This document shows, in pieces, positions 46,571 through 56,229 of a stretch of 64,000 nt of DNA. Each line of letters opens with the position of its first letter. Positions within the stretch are counted from its first letter, which is position 1. The DNA is from a virus, in the IMG/VR virus record IMGVR_UViG_3300027833_001604, positions 45,014 through 109,013 of that record; one strand, given 5' to 3'. The position numbers were made by a program, and so were the translations under genes. The notes beneath the pieces are model-generated. The model ran no database searches. It was not told where the DNA came from and saw nothing but the letters and a program-made list of their open reading frames with translations.

Positions 46571-49381
46571 TTAAAAGCTCCATGTTAAGTTAATACCTGC
46601 TGTCGTAACTGTTTCGTTTGTGCCTGCATAGTTCAAACGTGCTTCTGCATGTGCTTTTACAAACATGTTGTCTGTTACTTGGAAGTTACGGAACACACCT
46701 AAGTCTACTTCACGCTTTGTAGCACTTAAATCACTGCTACTAGTTAAGTAATCTAGCTCGCCTGTTGAACTAACTGTGCTTGCTGTATTAAACGTTGCAG
46801 TGCCATTTGTAATTGCTACTGGCACACTTGCTACAAATCCAAAGTCGCCGTTGCTAACGTTACGTTTGATACCAAGTGTTGCACTATTACTTAGCAAGTT
46901 ACTTGCTGATGTCATCATGCTGTCGCCTACGTTTACTTTAGTAACACCAAACATTGCATTACCAAATAGTGTAACATCTTCTGTTAGTGCTTTATCTAAG
47001 TTGTAGCCTGCATAGAATGTTGTAGCACCGTTAACGTCCATTAATGGATTGTCTGCAACATTACCAAGGAAACTATTACCTTCTGTTACTGCGCCAAACA
47101 TAAATTGGTCTACTGTAGTTGCAATTGCTACACTATCTTCATTAATATTTAGTGCGCCAGCTTCCATTGGAATAACTGTGCCTGCACCATATCCAAAGTA
47201 ATAGTCTGGAGCAAATCCCATATTAGCTGCTTGTGTTGGATCTGCACTACGGGTATCTGCTACGCCAATCATGTCGTTACCATCTACATAAAAGTTACGA
47301 TCATAATCATCAACTACCATTGTGCTACTAATACTACTAATATGCACACCGCCACTCAATGCAAACGCACCCGAGTCTAAACTACTACGAGCACCATCGA
47401 TACGTCCACTAGTTGGAATACCTACAACACCTTGTGGATTAGTTGCTTCATCTAAATCAAGCAAACCTTGTCCGTGTGTGTTTACATCGTAGCCCCAAAT
47501 ATCTTTGTCGGCAGTGTTAAGCAATAGTTTAACAATGTTATCGCCTTTCATGTATGGCCACATTTGATGCACAATACCTACTGCGCCTGTTACTGCCGGA
47601 GCTGCCATTGACGTTCCGCCTAGTGTTCTGTATTCACTATCAACACTTGTAGATGCTACATTGTCACCTGGTGCTAGTATATAGAAATCACTAATTCTAG
47701 CATCACTTACACACTCGCCGTCTGTGCCGTAACACATTGTTCCAGCTCGGTTACTTCTACGTGACATACTTCCTGATTTAAGATTCCATGAACCAACTAC
47801 AATTGCTTTACCACCTAGCAACAATTCTCCATCTTTGCTAGTTGCTACTGCATAATGAGCCGGGAAGGTTGGAACATCCAATCCTTGGTTACCTGCAGCA
47901 AATACAAGAACTGCTTCGTTGCCTGACATTGCATCTGTAAGTTGTGGCAACATATAATTGTCATCTACTGCTAATCCTGAATAGCCTTCAAGTGCATATG
48001 CTCCATCGTAACGTGAGTCTGTGCTATAAAATACACCATTGCCTGCACTTTGTATACTACGCTTGTATGTCAAGTCTACGTTATAGTTACCAGATACGTT
48101 TATTGCATCTGCACCATTGTTAACTGCCCATTCAATACCTCTACCTAATGCATTAAATTGATAGTATCCATTGTCCCATGCTGTTTTACCAATAAGTAGT
48201 TTGGCATCTGGAGCAACACCAGTAGTTCCTACACCATCTAAACTAGCGGCCGCAATACCTGCCACGTGTGTTCCGTGTGAATACTTATTTTTATCGTCTA
48301 CTGTTTCGTTTGTGCCTTTGTCAATCAAACGTTGATCGGTGCACATATCTATAAAACATTTGCTGGCAATAATCTTATTAGCAAACTCTGGGTGATCTAA
48401 ATCAATACCAGTATCAAGTATTGCTAACACACTGCCTTTACCTGTCCAACCTTTTGCCCAGGCTTCTGGTGCACCAATGGCTTCTAGGTTGTTTCCATAT
48501 CGATACATTCCACTTTCGCGTGTAATATAATCTATACCAACATTAGAATTTACATTATGCACTGCATCAATATATGTTTGTGTAGCACCTAACGACACAT
48601 CTTCCATTGCTAAGTATTCTTCTACAGTTAATACACCTTCTGTTTTAATACCCATACCATCGCTTACAACGATCACTGGTTCGTCAACTACGTCAACGAC
48701 AACGACCTCCTCTACAACGACAACGGGTTCTTCTTCAACGACTTCAACAATTTCAACAGGGCGTTCAAGTTCATATGTTCTAACAAACTTATGATCAGCT
48801 TCGGTTCGAACTACATCTTCTACAACTGTGCTAACTAGCTCAGTGCTGACTTCTGTAGTATTAGCACCATCACTCCAATGTTGTGTAGTGAATGTGCCTT
48901 TGTATGTTTTTGTTGTGACTGTTTTTGTGTATGTGATTGTAATATCTTCATGCACTGAAACTACATAATCTTCTGTAGTTTCTACTTCAGTAGATGATCG
49001 TGAAACAACTTCAGGTGTTTCAGTAACTACTTCGTGTTGATTGTATTTGTATGTTGTATTGATTACAGTTGCTTTTGCGTCAAGAGATTCGCCGATTAAG
49101 TCTGCGAACTTTTTAATCTCATTCTCGTAAAAGGTTACTGTTTCAACTAGTGTTGCAGCCCAACTGTATTGGCTGTATTTTTCTGCTAGTGGCTTTAATG
49201 TTTTAAGCCCATTTGAGTATGATTTCATCATACTTTTTGCAAAAGTATTCCGAGACTCAATATTTGTTATGTTTGACACCATATCATAGTAACTGAATGG
49301 TGCCGCATATGTTGGCAACGCAACAAACGACAATGATATTACTGCAATAACAGTAACTATCGCTTTTCTCACAGTATTCAT
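46571..49381 (-). CDS. secreted S8 subtilase with probable C-terminal beta-barrel
   Basis: Signal peptide; ILDTG, HGTHVAG, AAGN, GTSMAAP; ends LTWSF. Confidence 0.9.
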   Translation of the reverse strand: MNTVRKAIVTVIAVISLSFVALPTYAAPFSYYDMVSNITNIESRNTFAKSMMKSYSNGLKTLKPLAEKYSQYSWAATLVETVTFYENEIKKFADLIGESLDAKATVINTTYKYNQHEVVTETPEVVSRSSTEVETTEDYVVSVHEDITITYTKTVTTKTYKGTFTTQHWSDGANTTEVSTELVSTVVEDVVRTEADHKFVRTYELERPVEIVEVVEEEPVVVVEEVVVVDVVDEPVIVVSDGMGIKTEGVLTVEEYLAMEDVSLGATQTYIDAVHNVNSNVGIDYITRESGMYRYGNNLEAIGAPEAWAKGWTGKGSVLAILDTGIDLDHPEFANKIIASKCFIDMCTDQRLIDKGTNETVDDKNKYSHGTHVAGIAAASLDGVGTTGVAPDAKLLIGKTAWDNGYYQFNALGRGIEWAVNNGADAINVSGNYNVDLTYKRSIQSAGNGVFYSTDSRYDGAYALEGYSGLAVDDNYMLPQLTDAMSGNEAVLVFAAGNQGLDVPTFPAHYAVATSKDGELLLGGKAIVVGSWNLKSGSMSRRSNRAGTMCYGTDGECVSDARISDFYILAPGDNVASTSVDSEYRTLGGTSMAAPAVTGAVGIVHQMWPYMKGDNIVKLLLNTADKDIWGYDVNTHGQGLLDLDEATNPQGVVGIPTSGRIDGARSSLDSGAFALSGGVHISSISSTMVVDDYDRNFYVDGNDMIGVADTRSADPTQAANMGFAPDYYFGYGAGTVIPMEAGALNINEDSVAIATTVDQFMFGAVTEGNSFLGNVADNPLMDVNGATTFYAGYNLDKALTEDVTLFGNAMFGVTKVNVGDSMMTSASNLLSNSATLGIKRNVSNGDFGFVASVPVAITNGTATFNTASTVSSTGELDYLTSSSDLSATKREVDLGVFRNFQVTDNMFVKAHAEARLNYAGTNETVTTAGINLTWSF

Positions 49382-49419
49382 AACTACACTCCTATTGTAT
49401 TTTTATGATTTATACTTAT

Positions 49420-49448
49420 AGTATACAGTAAGACGTCTTGGCTGTCAA
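49420..49448 (-). promoter_or_regulatory. sigma70-type promoter with perfect AAGACGTCTT palindrome
   Basis: TTGACA-17bp-TATACT. Confidence 0.88.
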
Positions 49449-49456
49449 CCTTTTAT

Positions 49457-50020
49457 TTACATATTATCGTAAAAATCAAACTTTTCGCTAACAATACCAG
49501 TATCTTCTAGTTCATTTTCTAGTGTCTTACGACCATATTCTACACGATATAACAGTTTATCTCCATCAATTTCAACTAATGCTAGGTTTAGTAAGTGATG
49601 GCTAAAATCTTCTTCTTCTAAATATCCTGTGAAGAATGTGCCTTTGCACTCTCGAACACCTTTTAAGTAATGTCCTTTACCTAATGAATTGCAATCCATT
49701 GTAAATCTTACTGATTCGTCAATTACACTAGATGAGTATACTGTATTATCATCTTCATCGAATACATGCACATGTATGTGACTTGGACGTGGTCCAAACA
49801 CTTCTATAAGCCTGTCTTTTCTATTCTTTGCCATACCTAGAAATAAAGGGTCTTCATAGTCTGTAATTGGATTACCATTTAAATCAGTTTCTGGATCTTC
49901 AAACAAATGACTACGTGTTGCTTCTGCATCTTGCTTGTTCCAAAATTCATATAGTTCTGGGGTGATGCGTCTGATATGTAGGTGGGCACCATATCCATTT
50001 ACTATTACTTTATACTTCAT
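49457..50020 (-). CDS. hypothetical protein, paralog of 50017-50580
   Basis: Shared YE.W, GNPITD..LFLG, KG.F, DGD. Confidence 0.75.
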   Translation of the reverse strand: MKYKVIVNGYGAHLHIRRITPELYEFWNKQDAEATRSHLFEDPETDLNGNPITDYEDPLFLGMAKNRKDRLIEVFGPRPSHIHVHVFDEDDNTVYSSSVIDESVRFTMDCNSLGKGHYLKGVRECKGTFFTGYLEEEDFSHHLLNLALVEIDGDKLLYRVEYGRKTLENELEDTGIVSEKFDFYDNM

Positions 50021-50580
50021 ACGACCTCTCTAAATTCGCAACCTGACGCTTTCCCACGGGTATCTCCGCCGTCATTGTCAAGTTCGTTTCCGTTATATTC
50101 AACAGACACTATAATCACATCGCCGTCCATATTAACTGCATGATACTTTAATAGTTTAGGATCAAAGTTATCAGTTTCTATCTCAGCGGAATAAAAGTTT
50201 CCTTTTTCTAGTGTCCAGCCTTTAAAATAAAACCCAGGGTCCTGATCTTCTATGTGGAGTGTGTCCACTAATACATTGTCAGGGTCTTCAGTTTCGTATA
50301 CTACTTTACCATCTTCGTCTGTTACTGTTACTTCTAGCATATCTAATTGAGCACCATTGCAATGTTCAATATCATCTAGTTCATACCATGGACCCAAGAA
50401 CAATTCATTCTCTGGATCAGTTATTGGATTGCCATCATCTTCTTCGTATGCATCCCAGAATAGATGACTGAGTGTTCCCTCATCATCTTCTTTATCTGCC
50501 CAATATTCATACTGTGACTTTGTTAGTGTTCCTATTACGGCTTCACCACCTTGTCCTACAATATTAAATTCATATACCAC
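50017..50580 (-). CDS. hypothetical acidic protein
   Basis: GQGGE...EKGNF...FDPKLL...GGDTRGK. Confidence 0.75.
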   Translation of the reverse strand: MVYEFNIVGQGGEAVIGTLTKSQYEYWADKEDDEGTLSHLFWDAYEEDDGNPITDPENELFLGPWYELDDIEHCNGAQLDMLEVTVTDEDGKVVYETEDPDNVLVDTLHIEDQDPGFYFKGWTLEKGNFYSAEIETDNFDPKLLKYHAVNMDGDVIIVSVEYNGNELDNDGGDTRGKASGCEFREVV

Positions 50581-50887
50581 TTGGGTTCTCTCCTAGTTTC
50601 TTAAGAAACTTTTTCTGCTCAACTCTTTTTTCAATATCTAATTCTACATCGAAGTTTTTAGTTTTTACCATTTCTTTAATGATATCTGTTAGTGCTTCAA
50701 TTTCATATGTTTGTTGGCGTATGGTAGCGGCGACTTTTAATCTATCGCCATTACCTTGTTCTATTGTGATTTCGTTGTGAATTTCCGAAGATGCGTATAT
50801 AGTTGATGCACTAACATCAAATACATTGTCGTCGTCCCAAGTAGGGACCATAACATCATAGTTTATTCCAAAATCATCTGGATTCAT
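50570..50887 (-). CDS. hypothetical protein
   Basis: AAGGAG RBS. Confidence 0.7.
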   Translation of the reverse strand: MNPDDFGINYDVMVPTWDDDNVFDVSASTIYASSEIHNEITIEQGNGDRLKVAATIRQQTYEIEALTDIIKEMVKTKNFDVELDIEKRVEQKKFLKKLGENPSGI

Positions 50888-50897
50888 ACTGCTCTCC

Positions 50898-51101
50898 TTA
50901 GTCGTTAAAGTAAGTTTCTAACATTTCTAACCGATCATGTGCTGATGCCATTTTATCAAGTTCTATTTGAATAGTTTCCATAATATCACTATGTTCACCA
51001 ATACCAGCTGGGTTATGTAGATAAACATCTACATTTGTTTTGTGCAATTGAATTTCAGCTTTTGCATGTGCTACTGCTGTTGCTAACAATTGTTCTCTCA
51101 T
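50898..51101 (-). CDS. T4-like phage hypothetical protein (NPAGIGEHSD motif)
   Basis: Start MREQLL after AAAGGA RBS. Confidence 0.8.
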   Translation of the reverse strand: MREQLLATAVAHAKAEIQLHKTNVDVYLHNPAGIGEHSDIMETIQIELDKMASAHDRLEMLETYFND

Positions 51102-51115
51102 TTGACTAATCCTTT

Positions 51116-51631
51116 CTAAAAGTTTCCATAGTCTCGTTCGCCTTCCCAAGGAAAGACTACCCATACATCTTTTTCCATCTTATTGATTTCCATAGCTGTA
51201 TAGTCTACTTCGCCAAAGTTGCTTGCTTGATTGTCAAGCAATGATGCAAACCTAACGTTATTACCCCATACATTATTCCAAGTTTGATCACTTGGGTATG
51301 CACTTTGAGGCCAATCATTTTTGATCCATTGCATAGTCTTGCCGCTGTCGTTGATGTCATCAAACACAAGAATATTTTTACCTGCATGTGCATCTTCGGC
51401 CATCCAAGTATTACTTTCAGGTCCATGATCAGTATTGATATCCCTGAACCTTACATCCAATGCATGCATTGTAATTCCAGTAATGTTAGACATCATAACG
51501 GCTGGAACTAGTCCACCACGTGTCATTCCAACAATATAGTCTGGACGCCAATTGTCTGCAAACATAAGATTGTTAACAGTGTTAACCATATGCTCAATGT
51601 CTTTCCATGTGTAGTATACTTTATTAACCAT
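51116..51631 (-). CDS. type I phosphoribosyltransferase (Gpt-like)
   Basis: GMTRGGLVPA, ILVFDDINDSGKT, WVVFPWE. Confidence 0.9.
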   Translation of the reverse strand: MVNKVYYTWKDIEHMVNTVNNLMFADNWRPDYIVGMTRGGLVPAVMMSNITGITMHALDVRFRDINTDHGPESNTWMAEDAHAGKNILVFDDINDSGKTMQWIKNDWPQSAYPSDQTWNNVWGNNVRFASLLDNQASNFGEVDYTAMEINKMEKDVWVVFPWEGERDYGNF

Positions 51632-51657
51632 GTTACTCTCCTGTAGTGGCTGCTATG

Positions 51658-51837
51658 TTACATTGCGTTCTTGCGTTCTTGGATTTCCTTACGTCTTTCT
51701 TTTGTAAGTTTACCCAATTCGCCAAGTGCTTTACGGGCTCTTGAAGCAGCCGCTTTAATTGGCTTTTCAGCTTCCCATGATTCATGCTCTTTAACATATG
51801 TTTCATATGCTTCTATAATTTTATCGTGATTTGTCAT
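51658..51837 (-). CDS. Hc1 histone-H1-like small protein (59 aa)
   Basis: KAAASRARKALGELGKLTKERRKEIQE; AGGAG RBS; below ORF-track cutoff. Confidence 0.75.
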   Translation of the reverse strand: MTNHDKIIEAYETYVKEHESWEAEKPIKAAASRARKALGELGKLTKERRKEIQERKNAM

Positions 51838-51847
51838 TTTTTTTCTC

Positions 51848-52378
51848 CTATAGTGATTTTAATACGTTGTCTGGTGTTGTTTCGCTGTATGGATCTGGAT
51901 CAGCTGATGTGCTGTCAGGCTCAATAAACATTTTTGTTACAGTGCCGTTATCAACAATCATTGCATAACGTCTGCTACGCTTGTTGAATCCTACAACACT
52001 CATGTCAATTAGTTGACCCATGCCTTCTGTAAATGTTCCATTACCATCTGGTAGCACTTTAACATTCTTAAGGTTGTTTGCATCTCGCCATGCGTTCATT
52101 ACAAATGCATCATTAACTGAACAGCAATAGATATCATCTACACCTTTGTCATAAAATTGTTGTGCGCCTTCTTCAAAACCTGGCAGTTGATATGTTGAGC
52201 ATGTGGGTGTAAATGCACCTGGCAAACTAAACACTACAACTTTCTTGTTTGCAAATATCTCATCTGTAGTTAAGTCTCCCCAAGTTGATGGGAAGATTTC
52301 ACACGAGTTAGCTTCAGCATTATCATCTAATACTCTAACTTTAAATGTTACATTTGGTATTTTAGTCTCGAATCTCAT
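51848..52378 (-). CDS. peroxiredoxin (Prx5 type)
   Basis: LPGAFTPTCS, SVNDAFVMNAW, RSRRYAM. Confidence 0.95.
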   Translation of the reverse strand: MRFETKIPNVTFKVRVLDDNAEANSCEIFPSTWGDLTTDEIFANKKVVVFSLPGAFTPTCSTYQLPGFEEGAQQFYDKGVDDIYCCSVNDAFVMNAWRDANNLKNVKVLPDGNGTFTEGMGQLIDMSVVGFNKRSRRYAMIVDNGTVTKMFIEPDSTSADPDPYSETTPDNVLKSL

Positions 52379-52392
52379 TCTAATTTAATTTC

Positions 52393-53091
52393 CTATCGTG
52401 ATGCAAAGTCTGTTTGCAGTTTAATGTTATCCATAAATTCTTCTTTAGTGCCTGCATCATCTTTAAATGCGCCTTTAAGCACTGTAGTCTGTGTTAAACT
52501 ACTTGTTGCCATAATACCTCTGTTCTCACAACAACCATGTGTTGCTTGAATGTAAACTCCTACATCACCTGAACCTGTTGCGTTCATAATCTCACGTGAG
52601 ATATCCATAGCAAGTTCTTCTTGTAGTGTTCCACGTCTAGCACACCATTGTGCAATACGTGTATATTTGCTTAGTCCAATAAGTGTATCAGCTGCAATAA
52701 TACCAATGTATGCAATACCTGTTACTGGCTGATGATGATGTGAACAAACACTTTTAAGTTCACTACGCACAACCAACATACCATCATACTTTTCGTTAGT
52801 TACGTTGTCTGGTTCATTAGGAAATGCTGTTGCCGGTGGCGCTGTTTCATAGCGGCCTGCCATTAATTCATTATAATACATTTTAGCTAAACGCTTTGCA
52901 GTATCCATACTGTTAGGATCTGTTTTTGTATCAATTACAAGTTTCTGTAATACATTCTCAAATGCTAGTGCGGCTTCATCAATTAGTTGTTCTTTGTCAC
53001 CATCTTGTAGGACTTCGGATATGTTATCACCTGCCCAATAACGAATGCCTGCTTCGTCTAATTTGTTTTTAATTTGTTCTGCTTTACCCAT
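52393..53091 (-). CDS. folE: GTP cyclohydrolase I
   Basis: SVCSHHHQP, GLSKYTRI, LQEEL, HGCCENRG. Confidence 0.95.
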   Translation of the reverse strand: MGKAEQIKNKLDEAGIRYWAGDNISEVLQDGDKEQLIDEAALAFENVLQKLVIDTKTDPNSMDTAKRLAKMYYNELMAGRYETAPPATAFPNEPDNVTNEKYDGMLVVRSELKSVCSHHHQPVTGIAYIGIIAADTLIGLSKYTRIAQWCARRGTLQEELAMDISREIMNATGSGDVGVYIQATHGCCENRGIMATSSLTQTTVLKGAFKDDAGTKEEFMDNIKLQTDFASR

Positions 53092-53105
53092 TTTCTTCTC
53101 CGAGT

Positions 53106-54107
53106 TTATGACGTGGATGTCGTTGTGCTGTGTAAGTATGCATCTCTTACCTCATTGGGCGTTGATGCTTTTTTAGTTTTCATATACCAATTATACGCGG
53201 TATATACGATACTGTCAAGTCCATGTTCTGGAACCCAACCTAATTTTTCAGTTGCTTTTGTATCTGCTACAAGAATTGCAGGATCACCTGCTCTTGCTTC
53301 AGCAAAAGCTGTTTTAACCATTAGTGGTGTTTGCAATGCTACTGCATCAACAATTTCTTTATTACTGTTACCTTGCCCACTACCTAAATTAAATATGTGT
53401 GCGCCTGTGTTATCTTTTAAAAAGTCTAGTGAACATTTAATGCCACTAGCAATGTCTTCTACGTGTATGTAATCTCTAATACATGTTCCGTCTGGTGTAG
53501 GATAGTTGTTGCCAAAGAATGTAAATGTTTCTTCAGCTATTGCACTTTCCATTACCCGTGCAATAATATGAGTTGCAGCTTTTTCTTGTCCCATCTCACC
53601 ATCCGAGTCTGCTCCAGCTACATTAAAGAAACGTAAACTGACGCTGTTCATTCCGTATGCACGAGCAAAGTCATTTAACATAACTTCTGTCATTCGCTTG
53701 CTGTATCCGTATGGATTAGTAGGTTCGTTTTTATCTGTGACTCTACATATTCCATCTTCTACTTCGCCATAACAGGCGGCTGAACTTGCAAATACAAATG
53801 TATTAACATTTTGTATCTTACAGTCATGCATTAATGCTAAAGTTCCTTGAGTATTATTTTGATAATAACCAAAAGGATCTGTCATGCTAGGACCCACTAA
53901 ACTAGTGGCTGCTATATGAACACAGGCATCAACACCAAGCAATAGGTCTTGGATGTCGTTGTAGTCACGATTATCGTGGAATACTGTGTAGTAATCGTGA
54001 CGTGGTTTGTGCCTGTCAACTCCGATAACTTCGTGTCCTGCTAACATTAATGTCTTACATGTTTGACTGCCAATGTATCCAGCCGCTCCTGTTACAACTA
54101 CCTTCAT
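53106..54107 (-). CDS. galE: UDP-glucose 4-epimerase-like
   Basis: TGAAGYIGS, ASSAACYG, PYGYSK, LRFFNVAGA, DGTCIRDYIHV; ATGA overlap with the glycosyltransferase stop. Confidence 0.88.
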   Translation of the reverse strand: MKVVVTGAAGYIGSQTCKTLMLAGHEVIGVDRHKPRHDYYTVFHDNRDYNDIQDLLLGVDACVHIAATSLVGPSMTDPFGYYQNNTQGTLALMHDCKIQNVNTFVFASSAACYGEVEDGICRVTDKNEPTNPYGYSKRMTEVMLNDFARAYGMNSVSLRFFNVAGADSDGEMGQEKAATHIIARVMESAIAEETFTFFGNNYPTPDGTCIRDYIHVEDIASGIKCSLDFLKDNTGAHIFNLGSGQGNSNKEIVDAVALQTPLMVKTAFAEARAGDPAILVADTKATEKLGWVPEHGLDSIVYTAYNWYMKTKKASTPNEVRDAYLHSTTTSTS

Positions 54108-55276
54108 GCGTATTTTGCCTCCGCAACGTGGTCTCTGTAACGGTTTCCATTGCGTAGCCATTGTTCACCATTTCCTTGCATAATATCAATCATACGATCG
54201 ATAGTGCCGTTATTCCAATCACTAATCTTACCCATGTTCTCAGAAGGTGCATCAAGTCCTGAAAGGATCTTTTCAACTGCATGTTCTTTACTCCATGGTG
54301 AATATAGACGTGTGTGATCGTTTGCAAACGTTTCAGGAAAGCTACGATATGCAGGGTAAACTACATTACAACCTAATGCATCTGCTTCACTAACGGTATT
54401 AGATACCCAGTCTTGCAATGCACAATTGAACATTACTTTGCTATCATTAACGATATCATAGTATTGATTCTTTTTTAGGTCTTCGTATATTTTCAACTTA
54501 CCTTCGTCTTGCATTTTATAAGCACGATCCAAATACTTCTGGTTGTTGCTACGTAATGGCCCGCCACTAAGCACTGCAAACTCTGTATCAGGTCTTTGTT
54601 GCAATACCATTTCAATAACATCCATGTAGAAGTCAGGTTGTTTTTCCTGATCAAATCGGGCAGCAAAAACTACACGGTTGTTACGTTGATCAAATGGTTT
54701 AATATTATCGACACGACTTTGCACTTCTTCTTTACCAAAGCTAAGTCCTGATATATTATAAAGAGGTGCCTCCCAATTTGCAATTCTCATGTGTGCTACC
54801 ATTTCTTCGTTTGTTGCTAACACTGTTGCAAACTGATTAACCATTTGCTCATACAAGCTCATCCATTTACCCATGCCCCAAACGTGGACAAAGTCATCTG
54901 GATCGACTGCTTGTGCCAAGCACCTTACATAAACTGTAGGGCGTTGTTCTTTTGGAATTTGATTCATAATGTATGGAAGTGACTCAATTCCAGGTTGAAA
55001 CATGTCTTCAAATAAGACTGCATCTTCTCCTGTGCATTCGCCATTACGCATCATTTGAACTAAATTCATTAGTTGTGACATTCCAAAATAACTACGACCA
55101 TGTGCGTCTAGCACTTGTCCAACACTAATAGCTTTAGTGTCATCAATAGTTTCTCCTGGAACAATAGTATAGTCTATTCCTCGTTTTTGGAATACCGCTT
55201 CAGCCCAGTCTTGCAACTGTAGTGTGTAGCGGCCTTCGTATGGCTCGAGGCCCATATAAAATAGTTTACGAAACAT
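54104..55276 (-). CDS. GT-B (GT4-like) glycosyltransferase
   Basis: FAARFDQEKQP, NCALQDWVSNTVSEADALG, SFPE. Confidence 0.8.
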   Translation of the reverse strand: MFRKLFYMGLEPYEGRYTLQLQDWAEAVFQKRGIDYTIVPGETIDDTKAISVGQVLDAHGRSYFGMSQLMNLVQMMRNGECTGEDAVLFEDMFQPGIESLPYIMNQIPKEQRPTVYVRCLAQAVDPDDFVHVWGMGKWMSLYEQMVNQFATVLATNEEMVAHMRIANWEAPLYNISGLSFGKEEVQSRVDNIKPFDQRNNRVVFAARFDQEKQPDFYMDVIEMVLQQRPDTEFAVLSGGPLRSNNQKYLDRAYKMQDEGKLKIYEDLKKNQYYDIVNDSKVMFNCALQDWVSNTVSEADALGCNVVYPAYRSFPETFANDHTRLYSPWSKEHAVEKILSGLDAPSENMGKISDWNNGTIDRMIDIMQGNGEQWLRNGNRYRDHVAEAKYA

Positions 55277-55613
55277 CTTTTACCTCAGGTTTGTAAACTA
55301 GTTTGCCAACATGTATCTTTAGCTTCTTAGGGCTACGTTCTCGATGCATCTGCACTTGAACATCAAATGTAAACGCATTATCTTTTTCAACGTTTTCCAC
55401 ATTGAAACTAAAGATCTTCCAAGAATGTTTTAAGTCATTCAAGTAAGAGATGAATAAAGAACGAATAATAGTTACGTCTTTTTCATTATTCATCAACCCA
55501 TCATAAGGTTGAATAATTTTTAGTAGATCGTATTTCACGTCATTAATATTATATTGTCCTGAAATGCGATACCGGTTAGCATGGCTAGTTTTGTTTGTAG
55601 TAGTGTTTGACAT
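55266..55613 (-). CDS. hypothetical protein
   Basis: Coupled ORF with AAGGA RBS. Confidence 0.7.
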   Translation of the reverse strand: MSNTTTNKTSHANRYRISGQYNINDVKYDLLKIIQPYDGLMNNEKDVTIIRSLFISYLNDLKHSWKIFSFNVENVEKDNAFTFDVQVQMHRERSPKKLKIHVGKLVYKPEVKDVS

Positions 55614-55647
55614 GTTTCATGTTCCTTCTGTCAAATTAGTTACGTTT

Positions 55648-56031
55648 TTAGTCATCTGTAAAATGCATGTTAGCACCATTCTCATTATCTTCAGCGACAC
55701 TAATTTTAAGTTCACGCTTTGGATATTTGTTAAGAATGAGTTCTGCTAATTCTTCTGCAATCATTTCACAACTGCGATGGTTTAGTTCTAGTGTTCCATC
55801 ACTATAAAGTGATTCTAACCAACGTTTGAATTGAATGAATTCAATATCTCTGTCGTTATGTGTTACACTAATTTCTACACGAAAGTGAAAGATATGCCTG
55901 TGTGCATACCCTAAGAATGAAACATCATCCCACTTACCTGTTGCTAATGCTGGGTCGTTGTTAGCAGCAGGATATAAATGCACACCCTCTTTGCTAAACG
56001 TTACCCAAATATTACGAGATGCTATTTGCAT
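55648..56031 (-). CDS. T-fold QueD paralog, DpdL-like (CDG decarboxylase candidate)
   Basis: LGYAHRHIF (LxxxHRHxF), DRDIEFI, SCEMIAE, EDNENGA. Confidence 0.7.
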   Translation of the reverse strand: MQIASRNIWVTFSKEGVHLYPAANNDPALATGKWDDVSFLGYAHRHIFHFRVEISVTHNDRDIEFIQFKRWLESLYSDGTLELNHRSCEMIAEELAELILNKYPKRELKISVAEDNENGANMHFTDD

Positions 56032-56220
56032 TTACTTAGTCTCAACGCCAGCTTTAGCACGTTCAAGTTTAAGTAATTCCCATAGCTTCCAATCGATAGC
56101 TTCAAGGAACTTCATTAACTTTTCAGTATCAAGCTCAGTTGTAGTATTAGTTGTTGATGTTACTTCTTCAGCAACCGCTGTAGTAGTATCTTCATCTAGT
56201 AGTCTTACTTTTTTAACCAT
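56032..56220 (-). CDS. hypothetical protein
   Basis: AGGAG RBS; IDWKLWE. Confidence 0.7.
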   Translation of the reverse strand: MVKKVRLLDEDTTTAVAEEVTSTTNTTTELDTEKLMKFLEAIDWKLWELLKLERAKAGVETK

Positions 56221-56229
56221 AATATTCTC

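Noticed and set aside
48660-48770. Short ACGAC/CAAC-rich repeats
   Set aside because: Explained by the Val/Glu low-complexity stalk of the S8 protease, not an independent DNA element.
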